DNA of 64,000 nt from Candidatus Methylomirabilota bacterium (lineage in GTDB: Bacteria > Verrucomicrobiota > Verrucomicrobiia > Limisphaerales > SXQI01), in contig DASPKX010000172.1 in assembly GCA_035627835.1 (NCBI GenBank), positions 26,949 through 90,948 of the forward strand, in the 5' to 3' direction. How positions within the stretch are numbered: position 1 is the first letter of the stretch; each line of letters opens with the position of its first letter. The notes under the pieces were generated by a model. It did no database searches, was not told where the DNA came from, and was given only the letters and a program-made list of their open reading frames with translations. Both the position numbers and the translations under genes were made by a program. Positions 17,725 to 26,227 of this stretch are shown piece by piece.

Positions 17725-20700
17725 ATGATAGAAAAGCTCCTCCGTAAAACAGCCGCCATTTCGGCGGTTGGCGTGCTGCTTCCCGCTCTGTATGCGCAGC
17801 ATGGCGACCCCGCCGCGCGCGCTGCCGTCGGGGGGCTTGAGCCAGCGCCAGGCCTCCGCGTGGAGCTTTTCGCGTCCGATCCCCTCCTGTTTAATCCAGT
17901 AGCCTTCAGCATCGACGAGCAAGGCCGGTTCTTCATCGCGGAAAGCCATAGATGGAAGGACTCCATCTTTGACCTCTGGTCCAAAGATGATCGTTGGAAA
18001 CTCGCTGACTTCTCCTTCACCAACGTCTCCCAGCGCGAAGCCTTTCTCCGCGCGGAATTTGCCACCAACCTGACACTCCTTACCAAAGACTCCGAAATCA
18101 TCCGGCTCGTGGAAGACAAGGATGGGAACGGCATTGCAGATAGTTCCGTCGTCTTCGCGGATGGCTTTAACCAAGTCGTTTCCGGGACGGCTGCAGGCGT
18201 GCTCGCCAGCGGAGGCCAACTTTGGTTCACGTGCATACCCGACCTCGTGCACTTCACTTACAGCGCCTCGGGCCAGGCAAACACGCGCGAAACTCTTCAC
18301 ACTGGCTACGGTGTTCGCACCAGCGTCAGCGGCCATGATCTTCATGGCCTGGTGCGGGGCTTTGATGGGCGCATCTACTTTAGCGTCGGTGATCGTGGCG
18401 CGAATGTTCAGACACGCGAAGGCAAGCAGCTGAACAGCGTGAACTCAGGCGCCGTGTTTCGCTGCGAGCCCGACGGCTCCAACCTCGAGATCTTCGCCAC
18501 TGGCCTCCGTAATCCTCAGGACCTCGCGTTCGATCTTTTTGGCAACCTCTGGACCCATGACAACGACACGAGCGGCGACGATTCCCCGCGTGTGCTGCAT
18601 ATAATTGAAGGCGGCGACTACGGATGGCGCCAGGCTTATCAATTCATGGATGGGTTCGGGCCTTGGGTTAAGGAAAAGGTCTGGGAAGGCAAACTCGACG
18701 ACGTCCTCCCTTCCGCAGGCGCAGGCGCTCAAGGCCCCTCTGGCCTCGCCACCTACCCCGGAACGGGTCTGCCGGAAAAGTATCGCGGCGCGCTCCTGGC
18801 CTGTGATTTCCCCCAAGGCGTTTGGGCCTACTTCCCGCACCCTAAAGGCGCCACCTACGAAATCCGCAAAGAACGTTTTCTTTGGGCGCTCGGTCCGACC
18901 GACGTGGATTTTGGCCCAGACGGGCATACTTATATTTCAGATTGGGGTCGCAGCTACGCCATGCCCAACAGTGGCCGCCTGCTGAAAATAATCGCGCCCG
19001 AAATCGCCCCTTCCACGAACCTCGCCCAGTTGCTCCGCACACAACTGGGCTCGGGTCAGTCAGCGGAACTCTCCCGCCGACTCGCCCATCCGGATCTCCG
19101 CGTACGTTTGGCTGCTCAGTTCCATTTGCAGGAACGGGGCGCCACGCCTGATCTCATCACCGTCGCAACGACCTCCACCAACCAACTCGCCCGGATTCAT
19201 GCAATCTGGGGCTTGGGCAACCCCGCGCGGCTTAGGAAGATCGATATCAGCCCAACCCTGCTGGAACTCACCCGCTCGGACGACGCAGAAATCCGCGCGC
19301 AAGCCGCGGCCCAGCTCGGCGAAGTGAACTTCGCCAACAACGCCGCCACGAGACTTGAAGAATTGCTGAAAGATTCCTCGCCCCGTGTGCAACTTCAGGC
19401 CGCCCTCGCCCTGGCGCGCACCCCACTAAAGTCCCAAGCAACCATCCCCGCCCTGCTCAACCTTGCCGCGCGCCAGGCCGACCAGGAACCGTTCTTGCGG
19501 CACGCGGTGGTCTTGGCCTTGGCCAGGACAGGAGACGAAGCGCTTCTCGCAAAAGCGGCTGGCGACACGAATCCGCACATCCGCCGCGTGGCCGGTCTTG
19601 CCCTCCGCCGCCTTCAATCATCGAGAATTGCAAATCTCCTGAGTGATCCCGACTCAAGCGTGCGCCGGGATGCGGCACGTGCCATCAACGACGCCGAAAT
19701 CGAAGCTGCCATTCCGGCTTTGGCAGATCGCCTGACTACCGACGAAACTGATCCGCAAATCCTGCTGCGGGCGATTAACGCAAATTTCCGCTTAGGCGAT
19801 GCGCCTCATTGGGATCGCGTTTTGCAATTCGCGCGCAATGCGAACGCCGCCGAGGCTCTCCGCGTGGAAGCTCTCGATGCGCTTGCGGATTGGGCTAAAC
19901 CAAGCCCGCTGGACCGCGTGGTTGGCATCTGGAGACCCATCAACACCAAGCGGCAAGGCGGATCCCAAGAGCGCCTCGCGCAAACCATCGATCAACTACT
20001 CCAGAGCCCCTCCACGAACCTGGTCTCAGCCGCGCTTTCCTGTGCTGAGCAGACGACGTTGATCCCCTCGGCGCCAGGCATCCTGAAGCTGCTGCAAACC
20101 ACAAGCTATCCCTCAGCGCTGCGAGCCCAGGCCTTGCGCGTCCTTGGAAATATCAACTCAGATCTGCTGGGCGCCGCAGTCGATGAAGCTTACAAGGACA
20201 CGAACCCCGCTCTGCGAGCTGAAGCCATCACCTGGGTGGCCAAGGTCGCTCCCGAACGCGCCCTTGCCGTCATCGCTGCCGCCCTCGCGAACGAGAGGGA
20301 CATCCGCATTCAGCAAAATGCCATCCTGGCGCTTGGCACGATTCAAGCCCCTGCGGCGCGAGCTTTCCTGCAAAGACTTGGAACCGACTTGCTGTCGGGC
20401 ACAAGCCGAACGCACCTCCATGTCGAAATCGTTGAAGCTCTAACTGCATCTAAGCAAACCAATCTCCTTGCCCAACTGCACCGAAAGCACAAAGACGCCG
20501 CTAAAACCGACCCGCTCGCCCCTTTCCTTGCTTCACTTTCCGGTGGCGACGCCCAGGCCGGGAAAAGGGTGTTCACGGAAAAAGACGCGGTCGGCTGCCT
20601 CCGCTGCCATGCCATTAAAGGCCAGGGCGGCATCGTCGGCCCAGACTTGGCGGGGATCGCCTCCAAAAGGGACCGCCGACACCTGCTTCAATCAATCGTT

Positions 20701-20961
20701 CATCCAAATGCCGAGTTCTCGCCCGGCTACGAAAGCGTCTCCCTTGCATTAAAAGATGGCCGCTCGTTAGCAGGCAGTGTCCAGGCGGAAACCGAGACGG
20801 AACTCACGCTAAACTCCGGTGAGGACGGCATTATAAAGGTCTCGAAAGCCGACATCGCCCGACGGGAAGCCAACCTGTCCCCGATGCCCGAGGCCCTCCC
20901 CGAACTCATGACCCCTCGCGAACTCCGCGACCTGGTTGAATATCTCACCACTCTTAAATAG
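17725..20961 (+). CDS. PVC-type putative membrane-bound dehydrogenase: beta-propeller + HEAT repeats + C-terminal cytochrome c (CxxCH) domain
   Basis: The start is set at ATG 17725 (MIEKLLRKTAAISAVGVLLPALYA, signal peptide). The listed 17488 start overlaps the helicase. The N-terminal region looks like a glucose/sorbosone-dehydrogenase propeller (FASDPLLFNPVAFSIDEQGRFFIAE, RNPQDLAFDLFGNLW). The middle has many HEAT-like repeats. The C-terminus CLRCHAIKGQGG...VGPDL is a heme c site. Confidence 0.85.
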   Translation: MIEKLLRKTAAISAVGVLLPALYAQHGDPAARAAVGGLEPAPGLRVELFASDPLLFNPVAFSIDEQGRFFIAESHRWKDSIFDLWSKDDRWKLADFSFTNVSQREAFLRAEFATNLTLLTKDSEIIRLVEDKDGNGIADSSVVFADGFNQVVSGTAAGVLASGGQLWFTCIPDLVHFTYSASGQANTRETLHTGYGVRTSVSGHDLHGLVRGFDGRIYFSVGDRGANVQTREGKQLNSVNSGAVFRCEPDGSNLEIFATGLRNPQDLAFDLFGNLWTHDNDTSGDDSPRVLHIIEGGDYGWRQAYQFMDGFGPWVKEKVWEGKLDDVLPSAGAGAQGPSGLATYPGTGLPEKYRGALLACDFPQGVWAYFPHPKGATYEIRKERFLWALGPTDVDFGPDGHTYISDWGRSYAMPNSGRLLKIIAPEIAPSTNLAQLLRTQLGSGQSAELSRRLAHPDLRVRLAAQFHLQERGATPDLITVATTSTNQLARIHAIWGLGNPARLRKIDISPTLLELTRSDDAEIRAQAAAQLGEVNFANNAATRLEELLKDSSPRVQLQAALALARTPLKSQATIPALLNLAARQADQEPFLRHAVVLALARTGDEALLAKAAGDTNPHIRRVAGLALRRLQSSRIANLLSDPDSSVRRDAARAINDAEIEAAIPALADRLTTDETDPQILLRAINANFRLGDAPHWDRVLQFARNANAAEALRVEALDALADWAKPSPLDRVVGIWRPINTKRQGGSQERLAQTIDQLLQSPSTNLVSAALSCAEQTTLIPSAPGILKLLQTTSYPSALRAQALRVLGNINSDLLGAAVDEAYKDTNPALRAEAITWVAKVAPERALAVIAAALANERDIRIQQNAILALGTIQAPAARAFLQRLGTDLLSGTSRTHLHVEIVEALTASKQTNLLAQLHRKHKDAAKTDPLAPFLASLSGGDAQAGKRVFTEKDAVGCLRCHAIKGQGGIVGPDLAGIASKRDRRHLLQSIVHPNAEFSPGYESVSLALKDGRSLAGSVQAETETELTLNSGEDGIIKVSKADIARREANLSPMPEALPELMTPRELRDLVEYLTTLK

Positions 20962-21028
20962 CCTGGGGGCCGGGATTAGGGCTTGCCTTTTTGCCGACCA
21001 GAACGATGATTTGCCGCGATTTTCTAAT

Positions 21029-21790
21029 ATGAGTCAGCAGCCGAACCAGCAGCCAGTCCAGGATAGCGGTGTGGGAATGTTCGAAATTCTCACATGGCTC
21101 GAAGTCAACAAACGCCGTCTGATCGCGGCGGGTGTGTTGATCGTCGCTCTCGGCGTCATCATTTGGCTCGTGCGCCATTTCAGCGCGCAAAAGGAACTGA
21201 ATGCCAATAGCCAGCTCCTCAGCCTCCGCTCCGGCAGCGCTGCTGAGCCTGGCGCCTCCGCTGCCGACTACTCCAAAGTCGCTGACCAATTCCCCGGCAC
21301 CAGCGCCGCCGAACGCGCGCAGCTCCTCGCCGCAACCACCGCTTTCACTGAAAACCAATACGACGTCGCCCATCGCAACTTCACCCAGTTCCTCTCCGCG
21401 CATCCGGAAAGCCCCTTCGCATCCGCCGCTGCCTATGGCATCGCTGCCAGCCTTGAAGCTCAAGGCAAGCAGGATGAGGCTGTCCAAGGTTACCAGCGCG
21501 TTGTTACCCAATTTGCAAAGTCCGCTGAAGTGGACGATGCCCGCCTGGCGCTTGCCCGCATTTACGAAGCGAAGAATCAGCCTGAGCAAGCTCTTCGCGT
21601 TCTGGACGAGATGATGAAGCCTGCGGCTCCTGGCCGTTCTCCAGATCCTGAAGTCGTCACCCGCCGCGAAGCCATTCTCAAGAAGCATCCACAGCTTCGC
21701 CAGGCCGTCACTTCAACCAACGCCGCTGCCGCTCCCACGACCTTGAGCGTTCCAGCCAAGGCCGCTCCATCTCAGGCGACCAACAAGTAA
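21029..21790 (+). CDS. Membrane-anchored TPR-like protein (YfgM-like architecture)
   Basis: The start is at ATG 21029 (MSQQPNQQ). A single TM helix RLIAAGVLIVALGVIIWLV is followed by TPR-like helices (AAYGIAASLEAQGKQDEAVQGYQRVV..., ARLALARIYEAKNQPEQALRVLDEMM). Confidence 0.7.
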   Translation: MSQQPNQQPVQDSGVGMFEILTWLEVNKRRLIAAGVLIVALGVIIWLVRHFSAQKELNANSQLLSLRSGSAAEPGASAADYSKVADQFPGTSAAERAQLLAATTAFTENQYDVAHRNFTQFLSAHPESPFASAAAYGIAASLEAQGKQDEAVQGYQRVVTQFAKSAEVDDARLALARIYEAKNQPEQALRVLDEMMKPAAPGRSPDPEVVTRREAILKKHPQLRQAVTSTNAAAAPTTLSVPAKAAPSQATNK

Positions 21791-21987
21791 TTGCTGCGTC
21801 GGCAGCGTAAAAGCCTCCGTAAGAGGTGCGTCTCAGGCGCTGCTCTGATCCCGTTTCAGGGCGCGTCTCATTGACGCTTTTGCAGCGGTTTTATTAAACC
21901 TACGTTAACAAGTGCATGAAATGCATGCGCCTGCCAATGATTAACAAGTGAGACGCTCCTGAGTCTCCACCACTGACCAACACCTTT

Positions 21988-23277
21988 ATGCGCCTTTCAA
22001 TCATCGGAACTGGCTACGTCGGCCTCGTCACTGGCACCTGCTTTGCCGAAGTCGGCCACGACGTCATCTGCGTCGATTGCGATGCCAAAAAGGTGGCGAT
22101 GCTCAAGGCGGGGAAAGTGCCCATCTACGAGCCTGGCCTCGAGGAACTCATCCAAAAGAACGTCGAGGCCGGCCGCCTCTCCTTTACCACTTCGATTGAA
22201 GAAGGCGTTTCCAAATCCGACGTCGTCTTCATCGCCGTCCCAACGCCGCCGCAAGAAGACGGCTCCGTGGACCTGAGCTTCATCGAAGGCGTTGCCCGCG
22301 AAATTGCCGGGGTCATGACCAGCTACAAGATCGTTGTCGATAAAAGCACCGTTCCCGTTAAGACCGGCGAGAAGGTCGCCGAAACGATCAAGCGCTATTC
22401 CAAAAAGCACGTTGAATTTGACGTGGTCAGCAACCCCGAATTCCTTCGCGAAGGCTTCGCTGTGGACGATTTCCTAAAGCCGGACCGCATCGTGATTGGC
22501 GTGCAAAGCCAGCGCGCTGTGCAGCGGATGCGCGAGGTTTATGCCAGCTTCCGCGCTCCGATCATTGTCACGGACATTGCCTCGGCTGAGTTGATCAAAC
22601 ACGCCGCGAATTCGTTCCTCGCGCTCAAGATTTCCTATATCAACGCCGTCAGCGTCATCTGCGAAGCGACTGGCGCCAACGTGGTTGAAGTCGCCAACGG
22701 CATGGGTTCAGACGCCCGCATCGGCCGCCGCTTCCTCGACGCTGGCATTGGATTCGGCGGCAGTTGTTTCCCGAAAGACCTGAGCGCCTTCATCAAAATT
22801 TCCGAGCAACTCGGCCACGACTTCGCGCTGCTCAAGGAAGTCCAGCGCATCAACGCGAGCCAGATGGACCGGTTCGTCAAAAAGATCACCGACACACTTT
22901 GGGTGCTTAAGGACAAGACCATCGGCGTGCTCGGCCTGGCCTTTAAGCAGAACACGGACGATGTCCGCATGTCACCAGCGATTGATCTGTGCCAGCGCTT
23001 GATCAAAGAAGGCGCCCACCTGCGCGTTCACGATCCCCAGGCGATGGAAAAAGCCAAAGCCATCCTGCCAAACGTGACCTACGTCGAAGACATGAATGCT
23101 GTCCCGGATGGTTGCGATGCGCTGGTGATCGCAACCGAGTGGCCGGTGTTCAAGAAGCTCGACCTGGATCGCGCCCGCAAAGTGATGACTCACCCAATCA
23201 TGTTCGACGGCCGCAATTTGTTCGATCCGAAAGAGATGGAATCGCTCGGATTCATCTACAAAAGCGTCGGCCGCTAA
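21988..23277 (+). CDS. ugd: UDP-glucose 6-dehydrogenase
   Basis: Motifs MRLSIIGTGYVGLVTGTCFAEVGHDV, GFGGSCFPKDL (catalytic Cys) and LGLAFKQNTDDVRMSPA. Confidence 0.95.
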   Translation: MRLSIIGTGYVGLVTGTCFAEVGHDVICVDCDAKKVAMLKAGKVPIYEPGLEELIQKNVEAGRLSFTTSIEEGVSKSDVVFIAVPTPPQEDGSVDLSFIEGVAREIAGVMTSYKIVVDKSTVPVKTGEKVAETIKRYSKKHVEFDVVSNPEFLREGFAVDDFLKPDRIVIGVQSQRAVQRMREVYASFRAPIIVTDIASAELIKHAANSFLALKISYINAVSVICEATGANVVEVANGMGSDARIGRRFLDAGIGFGGSCFPKDLSAFIKISEQLGHDFALLKEVQRINASQMDRFVKKITDTLWVLKDKTIGVLGLAFKQNTDDVRMSPAIDLCQRLIKEGAHLRVHDPQAMEKAKAILPNVTYVEDMNAVPDGCDALVIATEWPVFKKLDLDRARKVMTHPIMFDGRNLFDPKEMESLGFIYKSVGR

Positions 23278-23284
23278 AAAACGG

Positions 23285-23430
23285 CAGGAGGACATCCGCA
23301 GATTGCGCAGATTTCACAGATTAAAAAGCGGCAGAAAAAACCGCAATTCTCCTCCCCGCGAACTCTGTGCACTCCTGTTAAACTCCTTTTCCTAATCTGC
23401 GTTAATCTGCGAAATCTGCGGATCTCCTGG
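23285..23430. repeat. Palindromic extragenic repeat (MITE/REP-like), full copy 2
   Basis: The leader ggcaggagga precedes the left arm ccGCAGATT gcGCAGATT tcaCAGATT aaaaa (23296-23327). The right arm is AATCTGCgtt AATCTGCga AATCTGCgg (23394-23421). The core is related to copy 1 (cggca..aaac.g.a.tt.tcctc..ctctg..). It lies between ugd and mutT. Confidence 0.8.
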
Positions 23431-23444
23431 TCCTGGTTTTTCTT

Positions 23445-23852
23445 GTGAGCAAAAGGGTCGAAGTTTCAGCGGGGCTGGTCTTCCACAAGGGCAAGCTGCT
23501 CATCACCCAGCGCTACCCAGACGCCCATTTGCCCAACATGTGGGAATTCCCCGGCGGCAAACGCGAGCCGCAGGAATCCTTCGAGCAATGCCTCGTCCGT
23601 GAACTTCGCGAAGAACTCGGGATCGACACCGAGCCTCTCTCCCTTTACGACGAGATTCAGCACGATTACCCAGACAAACTCGTCCACCTGAAATTCTTCG
23701 TCTGCCGCCTTCTTTCCGGTGAAGCAAAGCCTCTTGGGTGCCAGGCCGTCGCATGGGTGGAGCAACAGGAGCTTTCCTGCTATCCTTTTCCTGACGCCGA
23801 TGCCCAATTGCTGTCCAAGCTCCAGAACAATGCGACTCTTTGGAAAACATGA
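23445..23852 (+). CDS. mutT: Nudix hydrolase, MutT-type 8-oxo-dGTP diphosphatase
   Basis: The Nudix box is GGKREPQESFEQCLVRELREELGI. The protein is 135 aa with a GTG start. Confidence 0.85.
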   Translation: MSKRVEVSAGLVFHKGKLLITQRYPDAHLPNMWEFPGGKREPQESFEQCLVRELREELGIDTEPLSLYDEIQHDYPDKLVHLKFFVCRLLSGEAKPLGCQAVAWVEQQELSCYPFPDADAQLLSKLQNNATLWKT

Positions 23853-24894
23853 CCTGACCTTCCACGCCGCGGGCAGTTCAGTTTGCGCGCTCCTCTCGTT
23901 AGCCGTTTTCGCGCTCTTCCTCGCCAGTTGCGCCACCCCTGCTCCCCTTTTCCCGTTGAAGCGCTACGAATTCACAGAGCCACAGATGGGTGTGCCTTTC
24001 CGGCTGGTCTTCTACGCGTTGAACGATCAGGTGGCTGAATCAGCGGCCGACGCCGTTTACAAACGCATCGCTCAGCTCAACCAGATCTTCAGCGATTACG
24101 AAACCGACAGCGAACTGAATCAACTCTCATTCGGCTCCGATACCAACGCCGCCCCGCGCAAAGTCAGCCCTGAACTCTGGGACATCCTCCAGCGCAGCCA
24201 ACGCCTCGCTCAAAAAAGTGGCGGCGCTTTCGACGTCACGCTGGGGCCGGTTGTCCATCTCTGGCGCAACGCCCGCAGGGAGCAAGCCTTCCCCCGGGCT
24301 GATTACCTGAAGGACACGCTCTCACGTGTTGGCTATCAAAACCTTCGCCTAGATCCCGAGAGCAAAACAGTCCACCTAAGCCGCCCAAGAATGCGCCTGG
24401 ACCTGGGCGGGATTGCCAAAGGTTACGCTGTGGACGAAGCGCTGAGAGTTCTGCGGACGCATGGCATCACCCGCGCGCTTGTCGCCGCGAGTGGTGACAT
24501 CGGCGTAGGCGCTCCTCCTCCTGGTGCGACAGGTTGGAGCATTCAACTCTCGGAATTTGACACCAATGCGCCACCGCTTCATGTCACGTTGGCGGAACGC
24601 GCGGTCACCACCTCTGGCGATTTGAACCAGCGCCTGGTCCTGAACGGTGTGCATTACTCCCACATCGTGGACCCAAGAACAGGGATTGGACTCACGAACC
24701 GAGTCCTGGTCACGACGATCGCCAAGGACTGCACCACCGCTGACTCCCTCGCCACGGCGCTGAGCGTGTTGGGCCCGGAGCGTGGCCTCGAACTGCTGAA
24801 AGAATACGACGACACCGAAGCCCGGTTCGTCCGCATCATCGGCTCCGAAACCGAAGTCACCGAATCCAAAAACTTCCGCACCCACCTTCAATAA
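23830..24894 (+). CDS. apbE: FAD:protein FMN transferase (ApbE family), lipoprotein
   Basis: The start is set at ATG 23830 (MRLFGK...LAVFALFLASCATP, lipobox). ApbE motifs are MGVPFRLV, AFDVTLGPVVHLW, LDLGGIAKGYAVD, ASGDIG and HIVDPRTG. It overlaps the mutT end by 23 nt. Confidence 0.9.
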   Translation: MRLFGKHDLTFHAAGSSVCALLSLAVFALFLASCATPAPLFPLKRYEFTEPQMGVPFRLVFYALNDQVAESAADAVYKRIAQLNQIFSDYETDSELNQLSFGSDTNAAPRKVSPELWDILQRSQRLAQKSGGAFDVTLGPVVHLWRNARREQAFPRADYLKDTLSRVGYQNLRLDPESKTVHLSRPRMRLDLGGIAKGYAVDEALRVLRTHGITRALVAASGDIGVGAPPPGATGWSIQLSEFDTNAPPLHVTLAERAVTTSGDLNQRLVLNGVHYSHIVDPRTGIGLTNRVLVTTIAKDCTTADSLATALSVLGPERGLELLKEYDDTEARFVRIIGSETEVTESKNFRTHLQ

Positions 24895-24898
24895 AACC

Positions 24899-24925
24899 CC
24901 TCCTGTAGCAGCCGAAGTCAGGAGG
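24899..24925 (+). terminator. Weak candidate hairpin after apbE
   Basis: The 7-bp stem cctcctg / caggagg with a 13-nt loop begins 5 nt after the stop. There is no U-tract. Confidence 0.3.
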
Positions 24926-25322
24926 CTAAAGAATTTGGTCTTCGTTCCCAACAGAGGCTGCATCTGCACGGGACTCCACTCAATCATTGGTTCGCACTAG
25001 CTCGCAAAATTTAAAGGCTCGAACAATCTATTGACTGTTATGTCGCTTTAGATTACAAGACACGTATGCGCTGGAGCGGGTGTAAACGACTGCCGCGCGA
25101 ACAGATCCTCTCGCCAGTTGAGGTGGAGTTTAGAAGCCGTCTCATGAATAACCGGCAAGTGGATTGCGAGGAATTTTGGTCGGAGGCGAGGCGCGACGAA
25201 GGAGCATATCCGCATGGATCTTCGACTGGGGAGCAACGAAGCATCCGGCCAAAAGACGCGCAAGACGCTGCTTGGCTATCTGTGAGACGGCTTCGAGCAG
25301 GAAAAGAGCCTGAGGATGGATT

Positions 25323-25367
25323 TACACGTTTATACACGAAAATACACACTTTTACACGATTATACAC
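25323..25367 (+). repeat. Five TACAC motifs with exact 10-bp phasing, abutting the start codon of the NIPSNAP gene
   Basis: TACAC occurs at 25323, 25333, 25343, 25353 and 25363. The units are tacacgttta / tacacgaaaa / tacacacttt / tacacgatta / tacacatttc. The ATG is at 25374. Confidence 0.9.
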
Positions 25368-25373
25368 ATTTCC

Positions 25374-26159
25374 ATGAAAACGCGCCTCCCTCCCTGTTGC
25401 CTCGCTCTGCTGTTGCTCTTCGGAGCTATCGCCAACCTCTCGGCAGCCGCCCAGGATACCTTGGGCTACCATGAACTCCGCATTTACCACGTCGCCTCGA
25501 ACAAGATGGATGCAGTCGTGACGCGTTTCCGCGATGTTGTCGAGCCTGTCCGGGCGCGCCACAAAATCAAAACGCTCGCCTACTGGTCAGCGCCTTCCAA
25601 GACGAACGGTGGAACCTTTATCTACCTCATGGGCGCCAACAGCAGAGACGAACTTCAAACGAAAGAGAAAGCCTTCCGCGAAGATCCGGAGTTCAAGGCG
25701 GGTTATGCCGCATCCACGAAAGCTCATGGGAAAACGGTGGATCAGATCACCACGATCCCTTTAAAGGTGGGCCCTGCCGCTGCCTTCAACTTCGGCTCAC
25801 CCAGCTCTGCCAGAACTTTCGATCTGCGCATCTACGATGTGGTTCCGGGCAAAATGGAAGCGTTCCAAAATCGCTGGGCTCAGCACGCAACGCGCATCTA
25901 CGCACGACACGGTTTGGAAAGCATAGCGTGGTGGGTGGAGGCGCAGGGTCAATCCAATGACTCAGCTACCACAGACGCCCAGCGATTCATCTGCCTCCTC
26001 GCTGGAGAAAGCAGCGACGCCATCACGAAGGCAATCAGCTCCTTTCACGCAGACCCTGAGTGGCAAAGAATTGAAAAAGAAACAGAACAGAACGGCAAAC
26101 TACGCTCCGCTGTGACAGCTTACCGGCTAGGCCCGCTCCCGTTCTCACGGTTGCGGTGA
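25374..26159 (+). CDS. Secreted tandem NIPSNAP-domain protein
   Basis: The signal peptide is MKTRLPPCCLALLLLFGAIANLSAAAQ. Two NIPSNAP-like halves are present (ELRIYHVASNKMDAVVTRFRD...; FDLRIYDVVPGKMEAFQNRWAQHATRIYARHG). Confidence 0.8.
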   Translation: MKTRLPPCCLALLLLFGAIANLSAAAQDTLGYHELRIYHVASNKMDAVVTRFRDVVEPVRARHKIKTLAYWSAPSKTNGGTFIYLMGANSRDELQTKEKAFREDPEFKAGYAASTKAHGKTVDQITTIPLKVGPAAAFNFGSPSSARTFDLRIYDVVPGKMEAFQNRWAQHATRIYARHGLESIAWWVEAQGQSNDSATTDAQRFICLLAGESSDAITKAISSFHADPEWQRIEKETEQNGKLRSAVTAYRLGPLPFSRLR

Positions 26160-26227
26160 AAAGTTAGGTTGCTTTCACCAGCGGCCGCGCCCTTGCACTA
26201 CCCCAAACCCACGTGAATCTTTCGATT

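Noticed and set aside
25053-25562. ORFs 25066..25377 (+) and 25053..25562 (-) filling the apbE-NIPSNAP gap
   Set aside because: The sequences are implausible and lack motifs. The plus ORF's C-terminus is merely the translation of the TACAC repeat (FTRLYTKIHTFTRLYTF). The minus ORF overlaps the NIPSNAP gene start.
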